From: Candidatus Eiseniibacteriota bacterium
Lineage (GTDB): Bacteria; Eisenbacteria; RBG-16-71-46; DASYSL01
NCBI GenBank assembly: GCA_046598045.1
Contig: JBKJJJ010000186.1
Span: forward strand, 1 to 35,104
Length of the DNA: 35,104 bases
Direction: 5' to 3'
Shown: positions 8,941-17,890 of the stretch, piece by piece
Layout of the letters: each line of letters opens with the position of its first letter
How positions within the stretch are numbered: the first letter of the stretch is position 1
Translations under genes and position numbers: made by a program
The notes under the pieces: model-generated
What the model saw: only the letters and a program-made list of their open reading frames with translations
What the model was told of the DNA's origin: nothing
The model's database searches: none

Positions 8941-9756
8941 ATGCCCACCTTCTCGAATTCGCGGCTCAATGCCTACGAGAACTGCCCGATGCAGTACCGG
9001 CTGCGTTACGTCGACCAGGTCCCGGTCGCGCCGCGCGAGAGCATCGAGGCGTTCCTCGGCAAGCGCGTGCATGAGGCGCTCGAATTCCTGTACGTGCGCG
9101 TGGGGGAGGGCTACAAGCCGACGCTCTCCGAGATCCTCGACCATTTCCGCATGGCATGGGACCGCGAGTGGAGCGAGGCGATCCACATCGTGCGCACCGG
9201 CGAGACGATCGCGGGCTATCACCTGATCGCCGAGCGCTGCCTGACGAACTACTACCGGAAGCACGACCCGTTCGACCGCGGGCGCACGGTGGGGGCCGAG
9301 GTGCTCGTCACCTATCCGCTCGCTCCCGAGCGCGACCTGCACCTGCAGGGCTACATCGACCGGCTGGTCGACCTCGGCAACGGGCACTACGAGATCCACG
9401 ATTACAAGACGTCGCGTCGCATCCCGTCGCAGGCCGACGTCGATCGCGACCGCCAGCTCGCGCTCTATCAGATGGCGGTCACGCTGCAGCTCCCCGACGT
9501 GAAATCGATGCGCCTGGTCTGGCACTACCTCGCGCACGACCGCATGCTGGTGTCGGTGCGCTCGCCCGACCAGCTGCGCCAGTTGCGCGCCGACATGATC
9601 TCGTTGATCGAGAAGATCGAGCGCGCGACTGCGGAGAACAACCTGCCCGCGCGCGTGACGCCGCTGTGTTCGTGGTGCGAGTACAAGCCGGTGTGCCCGG
9701 CGTGGACGGGCGGTCGGGCGACGGTCAGCGATCCCGCATCGTCCGCCGGTCGATGA
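8941..9756 (+). CDS. Solo PD-(D/E)XK (RecB/AddB/Cas4-like) nuclease with a predicted 4Fe-4S staple
   Basis: FSNSRL..YENCP, G..VH.ALE, E..V, GYIDRL, IHDYKT, QLALY, and C-terminal CSWCEYKPVC. Confidence 0.88.
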   Translation: MPTFSNSRLNAYENCPMQYRLRYVDQVPVAPRESIEAFLGKRVHEALEFLYVRVGEGYKPTLSEILDHFRMAWDREWSEAIHIVRTGETIAGYHLIAERCLTNYYRKHDPFDRGRTVGAEVLVTYPLAPERDLHLQGYIDRLVDLGNGHYEIHDYKTSRRIPSQADVDRDRQLALYQMAVTLQLPDVKSMRLVWHYLAHDRMLVSVRSPDQLRQLRADMISLIEKIERATAENNLPARVTPLCSWCEYKPVCPAWTGGRATVSDPASSAGR

Positions 9757-10780
9757 AGCGGAGCGTTTCGAGCGCGAGCCACAGCCCCATCGCGAGCAGG
9801 ATCAGCACGAGCAGCACCGCGCGCCGCTGCAGCAGCGACAGCACGTAGGCGGCGATCCCCAGGTAGGCGCACGCGAAGTACATGAGCGAGACGGCCTGTT
9901 TCTGCGTCAGGCCGAGGTGCAGCAGGCGGTGGTGCAGGTGCTCCTGGTCCGCGCGGAAGATGCGGCCCCCGCGCCCGAGGCGGCGCACGAACGCGAGCGC
10001 CGAGTCGACGAGCGGCACGCCCATCGCCACGATCGGCAGCAGCAGCGTGACCGCCGCGGTGCCCTTGTTGTTCTCGAGCAGCGCGAGCGACGCCATCATC
10101 ATGCCGAGGAACTGGCTGCCGGTGTCGCCCAGGAAGATCTTCGCGGGCGGGAAGTTCGAGCGCAGGAAGCCGAGCGTCGCACCCACCAGGATCGCGCCCA
10201 CCCACACCACCGATCCGTCGGCGTGGTTGGAGGCCACCGCGATCAGCGCCGTGGTCGAGATCGCGACCACGCCGCCGGCGAGGCCGTCGAGGCCGTCGAT
10301 CAGGTTGATCGCGTTCGTGATCGCCAACACCCACACCACGTCGACGAACACGCCGATGCCCGCGAGCTGGATCGGCGCACCGCCGAACGGGTTCGAGAGT
10401 TGGTCGACGCCGAAGCCGAAAGAGTGCAACAGCAACCCGCAGCCCGCCTGCACGAGCACCTTGAACCACGCCGGCAGGCCGACGCGGTCATCGAGCCAGC
10501 CGAGCGCGAGCGCGATCAAGCCGACGAGCGTGATCGCGAGCAGCGCCTGCGTCGGCGGCGCGCCGGGCAGCAGGCTCGAGGCCCACAACACCGCGAGGAA
10601 CGCGAGCGCGACCGCGAACCCGCCGCCCGTCGGCATGGGCTCGGCGTGCACCTTGCGTTCGCCGGGGAGGTCGACGAAGCCCGCGCGCAGCGACGCGCGC
10701 CGCACCATGGGCGTGATCGCGAGGCCGAGCACGCCCGCGGTGAACGCCAGCCCGAACGCCCACCAGAGCGGGAAGGTCAT
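9725..10780 (-). CDS. WecA/TagO/MraY-family polyprenyl-phosphate N-acetylhexosamine-1-phosphate transferase (glycosyltransferase family 4 Pfam sense)
   Basis: Start reassigned to ATG 10780. RKVH..PMPTGGG, LGWLDD, NAINLIDGLDGLA, FLGDTGS, ADQEHLHHRL; multiple TM helices. Confidence 0.92.
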   Translation of the reverse strand: MTFPLWWAFGLAFTAGVLGLAITPMVRRASLRAGFVDLPGERKVHAEPMPTGGGFAVALAFLAVLWASSLLPGAPPTQALLAITLVGLIALALGWLDDRVGLPAWFKVLVQAGCGLLLHSFGFGVDQLSNPFGGAPIQLAGIGVFVDVVWVLAITNAINLIDGLDGLAGGVVAISTTALIAVASNHADGSVVWVGAILVGATLGFLRSNFPPAKIFLGDTGSQFLGMMMASLALLENNKGTAAVTLLLPIVAMGVPLVDSALAFVRRLGRGGRIFRADQEHLHHRLLHLGLTQKQAVSLMYFACAYLGIAAYVLSLLQRRAVLLVLILLAMGLWLALETLRFIDRRTMRDR

Positions 10781-11649
10781 GAGCGCCTCGGCGCGAGCGC
10801 GCGCCACGGGTTGATCGCCATCTGCGCCAGGCAGCGCGCGAGGATACCGAGATCGATCAGCGCCATGAGCGGCCATGGGCCGGGGTGGTGCTTGTGGTAG
10901 TAGCGCCGCATGCCCCTGTGCCGGCGCCAGATCAGCCAGAGCGGGACCGCGCCGTTCGACGCGCCGATCGCGTGGGTCACGCTCGCCTCGGGGAGGTACA
11001 TCACGCGCAGGCCCGCGGCGTGCATGCGGCGGCACCAGTCGACGTCCTCATTGAAGAGGAAGAACGCCGGGTCGAGCGGGCCGACGCGCTCGACCACGTC
11101 GCGGCGTGCCACCATGCACGCGCCCGAGAGCCAGTCCACGTCCCGGGTCGTCGCGTGGTCGAAGTCGAGCATCAGGTAGTCGCGCGTCCAGCGGTTGTGC
11201 GGGAAGAGCCGCGTGAGCAGCGAGTAACGGTTGAACAACCCCGTCCAGAGCGTCGGGAAGCGACGGCAAGAGTACTGGAGGTCGCCCTCGGGGCCGACGT
11301 TCTTCGGGCCGGCGATCCCGACGTCCGGGTGGGCCTGGACGAACCGGGTCAGCGCCGAGAACGCCCCCGGTGCCACGACCGTGTCCGGGTTGAGCAGCGC
11401 CAGGCAGGCTCCCCGGGCGATCGCCAGCCCCCGGTTGACGCCCCGGGCAAAGCCCTCGTTGTCCGGGCTCGCGATCGTCCGCATGTCGGGCCGGGTCCGG
11501 GCGAGTTCCTCCACCAAACCGTCCCCGGAGGCGTTGTCGACCACGATCACCTCGTACTCCAGCCCCGCGCAGGCGGCCGGCAACGAGTCGAGGCAGGCCC
11601 CGATGGCGTCCCGGTGGCGATGGGTGACGACGACGATCGAAAGCTCCAT
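10777..11649 (-). CDS. GT2-family glycosyltransferase (WbbL-like)
   Basis: VVDNASGDG, NEGFARGVN, LLNPDT, DWLSGACM, FFLFNEDVDWC; stop overlaps the start of the WecA-like gene. Confidence 0.9.
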   Translation of the reverse strand: MELSIVVVTHRHRDAIGACLDSLPAACAGLEYEVIVVDNASGDGLVEELARTRPDMRTIASPDNEGFARGVNRGLAIARGACLALLNPDTVVAPGAFSALTRFVQAHPDVGIAGPKNVGPEGDLQYSCRRFPTLWTGLFNRYSLLTRLFPHNRWTRDYLMLDFDHATTRDVDWLSGACMVARRDVVERVGPLDPAFFLFNEDVDWCRRMHAAGLRVMYLPEASVTHAIGASNGAVPLWLIWRRHRGMRRYYHKHHPGPWPLMALIDLGILARCLAQMAINPWRALAPRRS

Positions 11650-11710
11650 GGCTCCTTATCATACCCGTTAACTCTTTGTGCGCACGAGAGCTAACTCCAG
11701 CCCGCCCGCA

Positions 11711-11740
11711 TTGACAGCGTGCGCGCCGGGCCGCTATCCT
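11711..11740 (+). promoter_or_regulatory. Putative sigma-70 promoter for the A-type Fe-S carrier operon
   Basis: TTGACA(11711-11716)-18 nt-TATCCT(11735-11740); a divergent TATGAT lies at 11663-11658 in front of the GT2 gene. Confidence 0.6.
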
Positions 11741-11823
11741 TGGCTTGTCTTGGAGCGCGACCGGCGCGGCAGGGGCCGCCCGGATCGGCGCACGCGAATC
11801 ACGAGAAAGGCGGTCGGCATTCC

Positions 11824-12144
11824 ATGGTGACAATCTCCGATACCGCGGCGGACAAGCTGCGCGCCATCCTGATCGAGGAAAAGGCCGAGGACAAGGGGCT
11901 GCGCATCCGCGTCGTGCCCGGCGGCTGCTCGGGCTACTCGTACGACATGATCTTCGACGAGGCCGCCGAGGGCGACCAGGTGTTCGAGGCGCATGGCGTC
12001 AAGCTGCTGGTCGACGGCGAAAGCCTGCCGCTCCTCCAGGGCGCCGAAATCGACTTCAAGGAAGAGATCGGCCACGAGGGCTTCACCATCAACAATCCGA
12101 ACTCGAAGGGCGGATGCGGCTGCGGCAAGTCGTTCCAGACCTGA
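11824..12144 (+). CDS. A-type Fe-S cluster carrier (HesB/IscA/ErpA family), 106 aa
   Basis: Start reassigned to ATG 11824 (MVTISDTAA). GGCSGYSY and NPN...CGCGKSF motifs. Confidence 0.95.
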   Translation: MVTISDTAADKLRAILIEEKAEDKGLRIRVVPGGCSGYSYDMIFDEAAEGDQVFEAHGVKLLVDGESLPLLQGAEIDFKEEIGHEGFTINNPNSKGGCGCGKSFQT

Positions 12145-12149
12145 GCCCC

Positions 12150-13991
12150 GTGCTCGTGCCCTCGAAATCCATCCCGCCACAGCCCGCCGCGTCAGGGCGG
12201 GCTGTCGCGTTTGCGGTGCTCGCGCTGCTGCCGGCGCTCGCACTCCCGCTGGCGGGGTGCGGGTCGTACGTGCCCGGGACGCTGCCCGCCACGAAGGAGC
12301 TTTGGGCCGATGCATCGTATGACGGCGAGGCGGCGATTTCCCCCGATGGCAAGTCGCTCGTATTCGTGAGCGATCGCGGCAACGGGGCGCCCCGCCTGTT
12401 CGTGCTCGCGATCGAGGACGGCAGGCCCCCCCGCCCGCTCGACACCGGGCCAGGAGCCGTCTCGCGCCCTTCCTGGACGCGCGACGGCAAGCGCCTGCTG
12501 TTCACCCGCGCGGATTCGGCGACGGGGCAGGGGCAGGCTCTCGTCGTCGTCGCGGACCAGAGGGTGCAGCCGACGGCGATCTATCCGGACGGTTGGAACG
12601 TTGCCCGCCCGCTCGGCATCAAGGGCAAGGACGTGCGCGACGCGGTCTACTCGCCCGATGGCCTGTCGGTGGCGTACGTCGCGCGGGGCGAGTCCACCTG
12701 GACGCTGAGCGAGCAACGCCTGTCCGATCAGACGGTCCGCCCGCTGTTCGACGCCGGTCCCGGCGAGGCGCCCTCCCATCCGACGTGGGGCAGGAAGGGC
12801 GAGTCGCTCGTCTTCGCGCAGCGCGGGGACTTGTGGTGGGTCGCGCGGGCCGGCGGTGCGCCGGTGCGACTGACGTTCACCGCGGCGAGCGAGCGCGACC
12901 CCGCGCTCTCGCCGGACGGCAAGTGGCTCGCGTTCACCTCCGACTCGACGGGCGCGGACAACGTGTGGATCGCCCGCCTGGGCGCGCACGACACGAAGTC
13001 GCCGCCCTCGCTCGGCGCCTGGCGCCCGGTGAGCGCGAGCTTCCAGCCGCTCGGCCACCCGGCGTGGGCGCCGAACGGCCACACCCTGTGGTTCGAGCGC
13101 CAGGACCCCTGGACCATCGCCGCGATCGATGCCGGGGGCGGCCACGCCGACACGCTCTCGTCCTCGCTGTTCGACAGCCGCGAGCCCTCGTACCTCGGTG
13201 ACGACACGCGGGTGGCGTTCGCCTCGCCGCGGGTCGGCGGATCACGCATCTGGATCATGGCCGCCTCGGGCGAGGCCCGCAGCGGCCCGGCGAAGCAGCT
13301 CACGCAGGGCCCCGGCGAGGACGTCGAGCCCGACGCCGCGAAGGCGAGCGGCCAGATCGTCTACGTCCACCGCGTTACAGGGCTGAACATCGCCACGCTC
13401 GCGCTCACGGATGCCGAGGGCGAGGACCTGGGCGCGCTCACGCCATCCGAGCTGGCCGGCGTCGAGCAGGCGACGCGCGACGCCGCGCCCTCGTGGTCGC
13501 GCGACGGTCGCGCGGTCGCGTTCGCCTCGAACCGCGCCGGCGTCACCGCGATCTGGGTGATCGAGGGCGTGGGGCGTCGCCTGCGCCTGGTCACGGTCGC
13601 CGAGGGCGCGCCGCAGACGCCGGCCTGGTCGCCCGACGGCGCGTTCATCTATTTCGCCGCACCCGCTGGGAACGGCGTCACGATCTGGCGTGTTCCCGCG
13701 AGTGGCGGTGCCTCGACGCCGTGGACGAGCGACGACACGCCAGGCTTCGCCGACACGCAGCCGGCCGCGTCGCCCGACGGCACGAAATTGGTGTTCACCC
13801 GCCAGCGCCAGGGGAATCTGGACCTGTGGATCATGGATGCGAAGGGCGGCGCGCCGCGCGCCCTCGTCACGAATCCGCGTGGGCAGGATGCGCACGCGAA
13901 CTGGTCGTCCGACAGCCGTCGCCTGGTCTACGAGACCGGCGGCGCCGTGAACCTCTACCGGGCCGACGTGCGCCCGCTTCTCCTGCGATAG
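12150..13991 (+). CDS. TolB-like PD40/beta-propeller repeat lipoprotein
   Basis: Probable GTG start at 12150 or 12156. Hydrophobic signal ending LAGC; about 10 PD40-type repeats (ISPDGKSLVFVSDR, PALSPDGKWLAFTS, PAWSPDGAFIYF), consistent with two propellers. Confidence 0.82.
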   Translation: MLVPSKSIPPQPAASGRAVAFAVLALLPALALPLAGCGSYVPGTLPATKELWADASYDGEAAISPDGKSLVFVSDRGNGAPRLFVLAIEDGRPPRPLDTGPGAVSRPSWTRDGKRLLFTRADSATGQGQALVVVADQRVQPTAIYPDGWNVARPLGIKGKDVRDAVYSPDGLSVAYVARGESTWTLSEQRLSDQTVRPLFDAGPGEAPSHPTWGRKGESLVFAQRGDLWWVARAGGAPVRLTFTAASERDPALSPDGKWLAFTSDSTGADNVWIARLGAHDTKSPPSLGAWRPVSASFQPLGHPAWAPNGHTLWFERQDPWTIAAIDAGGGHADTLSSSLFDSREPSYLGDDTRVAFASPRVGGSRIWIMAASGEARSGPAKQLTQGPGEDVEPDAAKASGQIVYVHRVTGLNIATLALTDAEGEDLGALTPSELAGVEQATRDAAPSWSRDGRAVAFASNRAGVTAIWVIEGVGRRLRLVTVAEGAPQTPAWSPDGAFIYFAAPAGNGVTIWRVPASGGASTPWTSDDTPGFADTQPAASPDGTKLVFTRQRQGNLDLWIMDAKGGAPRALVTNPRGQDAHANWSSDSRRLVYETGGAVNLYRADVRPLLLR

Positions 13992-13997
13992 GAATCC

Positions 13998-15626
13998 ATG
14001 CGCCGCTTCCATGCTCGATTGCTCGCGATCGTGATCGTCCTCACGTGCGCCCTTGCGCCGAGGGCGGCGCGGGCCACCATCTTCAAGTCCGAGATTCCCG
14101 GAGCGCACTACAAGGCGAATGCCGCCGCGCAGATCGAACTCAAGCGCGTGGCGAGCCGCCTTCGCCTGAATAACGTGATGGGTGCGCTCGAGGCCGCGCA
14201 CGAGGCCGCCCGGCGCGATTCGCTCGCGGGGGAGATCTACGACCAGGTCGGAACGCTTTACCTCCGGCTCGGCGATCCCCGCAAGGCGCGCGACGCGTTC
14301 GAGCAGGCCGCCGCGCTCGCGCCAGAGCAGCCCGCGCTGTGGAACCGGCTGGCGCAGGTCTCGCTCATGCAGCTCGGACTGGAGGAGCAGGGCCTGCAGG
14401 CGCTGCGCTACTCGTTCGCCGCGGACTCGGGCTATGCCAGCTCGTACTACACCGAGTTCATCTATCACTGGACGCGCTGCGAGTTCCCCGAGGCCGAAGC
14501 GTCGATCGGGCGCGCGCGCACCCTGGAGCTCGACGAGGGCCGCTCGCTGATCTGGTACTCCGCGCACCTCGGTTTCCAGATGACCGCAGGCGACTACCCG
14601 GCGTCGCGCAGGGCGCTCGAGCTCCACCTCGGGCAGGTGCCGAACGACTTCAGCGCGCAGCAGATGCTCGCCACCGCCCAGCGCGGCATGGGCGACCCGA
14701 AGGCCGCGAAGGAAACGCTCCGTCAACTGGTCGCGCTCAGGCCGCAGACGGTGTGGCTCACCGAGGCCGGCCTCGCTCGCCGCGCGCTCGGCGACCGGGA
14801 TTCGGCGCTCGTGTTCTTCGGGCTCGCGGTCGCGGCCGACACCGCGTCGTATGACCCGGGCTACAACCGCGCGCTCGAGTTGCTCGCCAGGCGCGACACC
14901 ACCGAGGCGTGGCGCGAGCTGCGCCGCCTGCGTCTCATCGACCCGGACAACTGGCTGACGCCGCTGCTCGCGAGCCGCATCGCGCGCGCCGAGGGCGACA
15001 CCGCGCGCGCGGCGCTCGCGTTCGAGGAGGCGCGCCGCCTGAATCCCGCAATGGGGCTCGCGCGCACTGCCCGCGCGGGCGCGGCGGCTGCGGTGCCGGC
15101 ATGGTCTTCGCCAGAGCTCGAGCAGGCGGAAGTCCTGATCGAGCTGGGCGAGTTCGCGCTCGCCGGCGACAAGCTCTATCAGGCGGGCCGCGACAAGGAA
15201 AGGCGCGGCGCCGCACTCTACTGGCTGTCGCGCGTGACCCGCATCTCGGGCGGTGCGCCCGGCCTGCCCGTGATCGCCGCCGAGGCCGCGGCCGAGGCAA
15301 CGAACGGCGACCCGGTCGTGATCCGTTCACTGGCCGAGGCGCAGTTTGTCGCCGGCGACCTCGAGCACGCGATCGGCAACCTGCGCGCGATGCGAAAGGT
15401 TGCAGGCGACGACGTCATCGCGGCGTCGATCCTGGCCGAGGCGCTGCTGACCAGGGGCGACCTCCCCGCCGCGCGCGCGATCTTCAACGAGGTCGGCCGC
15501 GACGCCACGCGCTCGTACCGCTTCGAATCCATTCGCGCGATCGTGCTCGCCGAGGCGAAGGATGCCGGCGCCGCGATCGCCCGCCAGCGCGCGAACGCCG
15601 TCGACTACCTGCGCGCCGGATCCTGA
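13998..15626 (+). CDS. Secreted tetratricopeptide-repeat protein
   Basis: Signal peptide (MRRFHARLLAIVIVLTCALAPRAARA); Ala/Leu-rich TPR patterns (GTLYLRLGDPRKARDAFEQAAALAP, AFEEARRLNP). Confidence 0.72.
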   Translation: MRRFHARLLAIVIVLTCALAPRAARATIFKSEIPGAHYKANAAAQIELKRVASRLRLNNVMGALEAAHEAARRDSLAGEIYDQVGTLYLRLGDPRKARDAFEQAAALAPEQPALWNRLAQVSLMQLGLEEQGLQALRYSFAADSGYASSYYTEFIYHWTRCEFPEAEASIGRARTLELDEGRSLIWYSAHLGFQMTAGDYPASRRALELHLGQVPNDFSAQQMLATAQRGMGDPKAAKETLRQLVALRPQTVWLTEAGLARRALGDRDSALVFFGLAVAADTASYDPGYNRALELLARRDTTEAWRELRRLRLIDPDNWLTPLLASRIARAEGDTARAALAFEEARRLNPAMGLARTARAGAAAAVPAWSSPELEQAEVLIELGEFALAGDKLYQAGRDKERRGAALYWLSRVTRISGGAPGLPVIAAEAAAEATNGDPVVIRSLAEAQFVAGDLEHAIGNLRAMRKVAGDDVIAASILAEALLTRGDLPAARAIFNEVGRDATRSYRFESIRAIVLAEAKDAGAAIARQRANAVDYLRAGS

Positions 15627-15654
15627 TCCGCTGCGCGGCCCCGCTCACCCGCCC

Positions 15655-16545
15655 GTGAATGCGATCTGGAAGTCGCTCGTCGGGACGCTCAAGGGCGTGG
15701 TCGACGACGACTGCCATGGCCTCGCGACGCAGATCGCGTACCACTGGATCTTCGCGCTGTTCCCGGGCCTGTTCGTGATCATCGGCTTGCTGATCGCGCT
15801 CGGCGCGAACCCGGGATTTCTCACCAGCCTCGGGTGGCTGATCGAGCGCGCGACGCCCGGCGACACGCACGTGCTGGTCGACACCACGCTGTCCTCGATG
15901 CGCCAGGCGCTCTCGCGCGGCACCGCGCCGGTGCTCGGGCTCGGGTTGCTCGGCGTGCTGTGGGTCGCGTCGAACGGCATCGACGTGATCATGGGCGGAC
16001 TCAACAAGGCGTACCGCGTCACCGAGGTGCGCCCGTTCTGGTACCGCCGCATCCTCGCGGCGGTGCTCGTGATCGCGGTCGGCTTCGGCCTCGTCACCGG
16101 GTTCGAGATCCTCGTCGTCGGGTCCTCGCTGGTGAAGAACGCGCTCAGGACCATCCCCGGCAACCCGAGCCTGCCGGTGTTGTTCGGCTGGGCGCGCTGG
16201 CCGTCGTACTTCCTGGTGGCGTTCTTCATCGCGCTCGGGCTGTATTCGATCGCGCCCGCGCTGCCGCGCGTGTCGTGGCGCTGGACGGTGCCCGGCGCGA
16301 TCCTGTTCGGCGCGATGTGGGTCGCGATCGGATTCGGGTTCGACCGCTACCTCGCGCTCTACGGCCACATGGACAAGCTCTACGGGACGCTCGGCGCGTT
16401 CCTCGTGCTCATGACCTGGCTCTACCTGACCGCGTTCTCGTTGATGGTGGGCGGGGAGTTGAACGGGCAGGTGCGGTGGCGGTTCATGGAACGGCCGGGG
16501 GGGCCTACCCCGAGCTTGCCTTCCCGGAGACCGTCATCTCGTTGA
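15655..16545 (+). CDS. YihY/virulence factor BrkB family inner-membrane protein
   Basis: Start reassigned to GTG 15655. A.QIAY..IFALFP, LNKAY.V.E.RPFW, PGAILF..MW, YGTLGA..LM.WLYL...L.VGGELN. Confidence 0.9.
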   Translation: MNAIWKSLVGTLKGVVDDDCHGLATQIAYHWIFALFPGLFVIIGLLIALGANPGFLTSLGWLIERATPGDTHVLVDTTLSSMRQALSRGTAPVLGLGLLGVLWVASNGIDVIMGGLNKAYRVTEVRPFWYRRILAAVLVIAVGFGLVTGFEILVVGSSLVKNALRTIPGNPSLPVLFGWARWPSYFLVAFFIALGLYSIAPALPRVSWRWTVPGAILFGAMWVAIGFGFDRYLALYGHMDKLYGTLGAFLVLMTWLYLTAFSLMVGGELNGQVRWRFMERPGGPTPSLPSRRPSSR

Positions 16546-17890
16546 TCTTGAGCGTCGGCGCGTTGATCCCGCCATTGAACTCGAGGTCGTTGCCGACCAT
16601 CGAGATCCCCGCCAGCATGTCGAGCGTGGTCGAGGCGCACGTGATCTCGTCCACCGGGAACGCGATCGTGCCGCCCTCGACCCAGAACCCGGCGGCCTGG
16701 TAGGAGTACGTACCGCTCGTCGGGTTGAACCCGAACGCGCCCTGGTCGATCATGTAGAACCCCCGGTCGACCGACTTCAGGATCGCCTCGAGGGACGACT
16801 TGCCGTTCGCGATGTACAGGTTCTTGGGACCGATGCCCGGCGTGCCCTGGTAGGCGCGCGTCGCGCTGCCCGTCGACTTCGCCTTCGCCTTGCGCGCCCA
16901 GTAGGCGTTGTAGACGAATATCTTCATCACGCCCTGATCGATCAGCACGTTCCTCTGCGAGGGGATGCCTTCGCCGTCGAACGGCCCGGTGCTCACGCCG
17001 CCCGCGAGCACGCCGTCGTCGACCAGCGTGACCAGGTCGGACGCGATTTTCTGCCCGAGCTTCTCGGTCAGGAACGAGGTCTTCTTGAACGCCTGCTCGC
17101 CGGAGAACGCGGCGTACATGTTCGCAAGCCAATTGCCGGCGACGTCGGGGTGCATGATCACGGGCACCTTCTGCGCCGGCACGCTGCGCGCGCCGATGCG
17201 CGCCACCGCGCGACGGCCCGCCTCCCTGCCGATCGCCTCGGGCGTGCGCAGCTTCGCCAGCGCGCGCTGAAAATCCCCGAAGCCGCCCGACTGCTGGCGC
17301 TCGCCGTCGGCCGCGAGCGGATTGACGAACGCGCCGACCGACGTGCCGCGGTAGTGGAGCGTCGGTCCGGCGGAGCTGGCCAGCACCGTCTCGCCCAGCT
17401 CGCTCTGCACCGAGCAGCCGTCGCAGCGCAGGATGCGCTTGTCGTAGCCGAGCGCGATGGCCTCGATCTCCTTCGCCATCGCGATGCGCTTCTCGGCCGA
17501 GAGGGCGGGCACGGCCGGATCGAAGAGCTGCAGCGAGACCTCGTCCCCGGCGCTCGCCGGCGGCGTCTCCGGCAGGCCCGCGAACGGATCGGCCGTGCTC
17601 TTCCTGGCGAGCGTCACCGCGCGCTCGGCGAGGTCCTTGAGCGCGGCAGGCCGCAGGTCCGAGGTATAGACCAGCGCGACCTTGTGATCGACGAACACGC
17701 GCAGGCCGAGCCCGCGCGACTGGGACTGCTTGAGGTTCTCGATGTTGCCCTGGTGCACATCGACACGGAACGCGTTGCCCGACTCGATCAGCACGTCGGC
17801 CTGCTGCGCGCCCGACTTGATCGCCGCAGCGACCGCCGTCTCCGCCGCCGAAACCAGCGCGGCTCCCGTCTTCGAAGTCGCGTCAGCCAC
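16505..17890 (-). CDS. pmbA: TldE/PmbA family protein
   Basis: GLGLRV, PFDGEG.P, STGSA.R, FNPTSG.YS..A.GFWVE.G, APTLKI..MTVSG; lacks HExxxH; directly downstream of tldD. Confidence 0.9.
   Translation of the reverse strand: MADATSKTGAALVSAAETAVAAAIKSGAQQADVLIESGNAFRVDVHQGNIENLKQSQSRGLGLRVFVDHKVALVYTSDLRPAALKDLAERAVTLARKSTADPFAGLPETPPASAGDEVSLQLFDPAVPALSAEKRIAMAKEIEAIALGYDKRILRCDGCSVQSELGETVLASSAGPTLHYRGTSVGAFVNPLAADGERQQSGGFGDFQRALAKLRTPEAIGREAGRRAVARIGARSVPAQKVPVIMHPDVAGNWLANMYAAFSGEQAFKKTSFLTEKLGQKIASDLVTLVDDGVLAGGVSTGPFDGEGIPSQRNVLIDQGVMKIFVYNAYWARKAKAKSTGSATRAYQGTPGIGPKNLYIANGKSSLEAILKSVDRGFYMIDQGAFGFNPTSGTYSYQAAGFWVEGGTIAFPVDEITCASTTLDMLAGISMVGNDLEFNGGINAPTLKINEMTVSGKASSG

Noticed and set aside
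8941..9756. Cas4 / CRISPR locus
   Set aside because: No cas1/cas2 and no repeat-spacer array anywhere in the window
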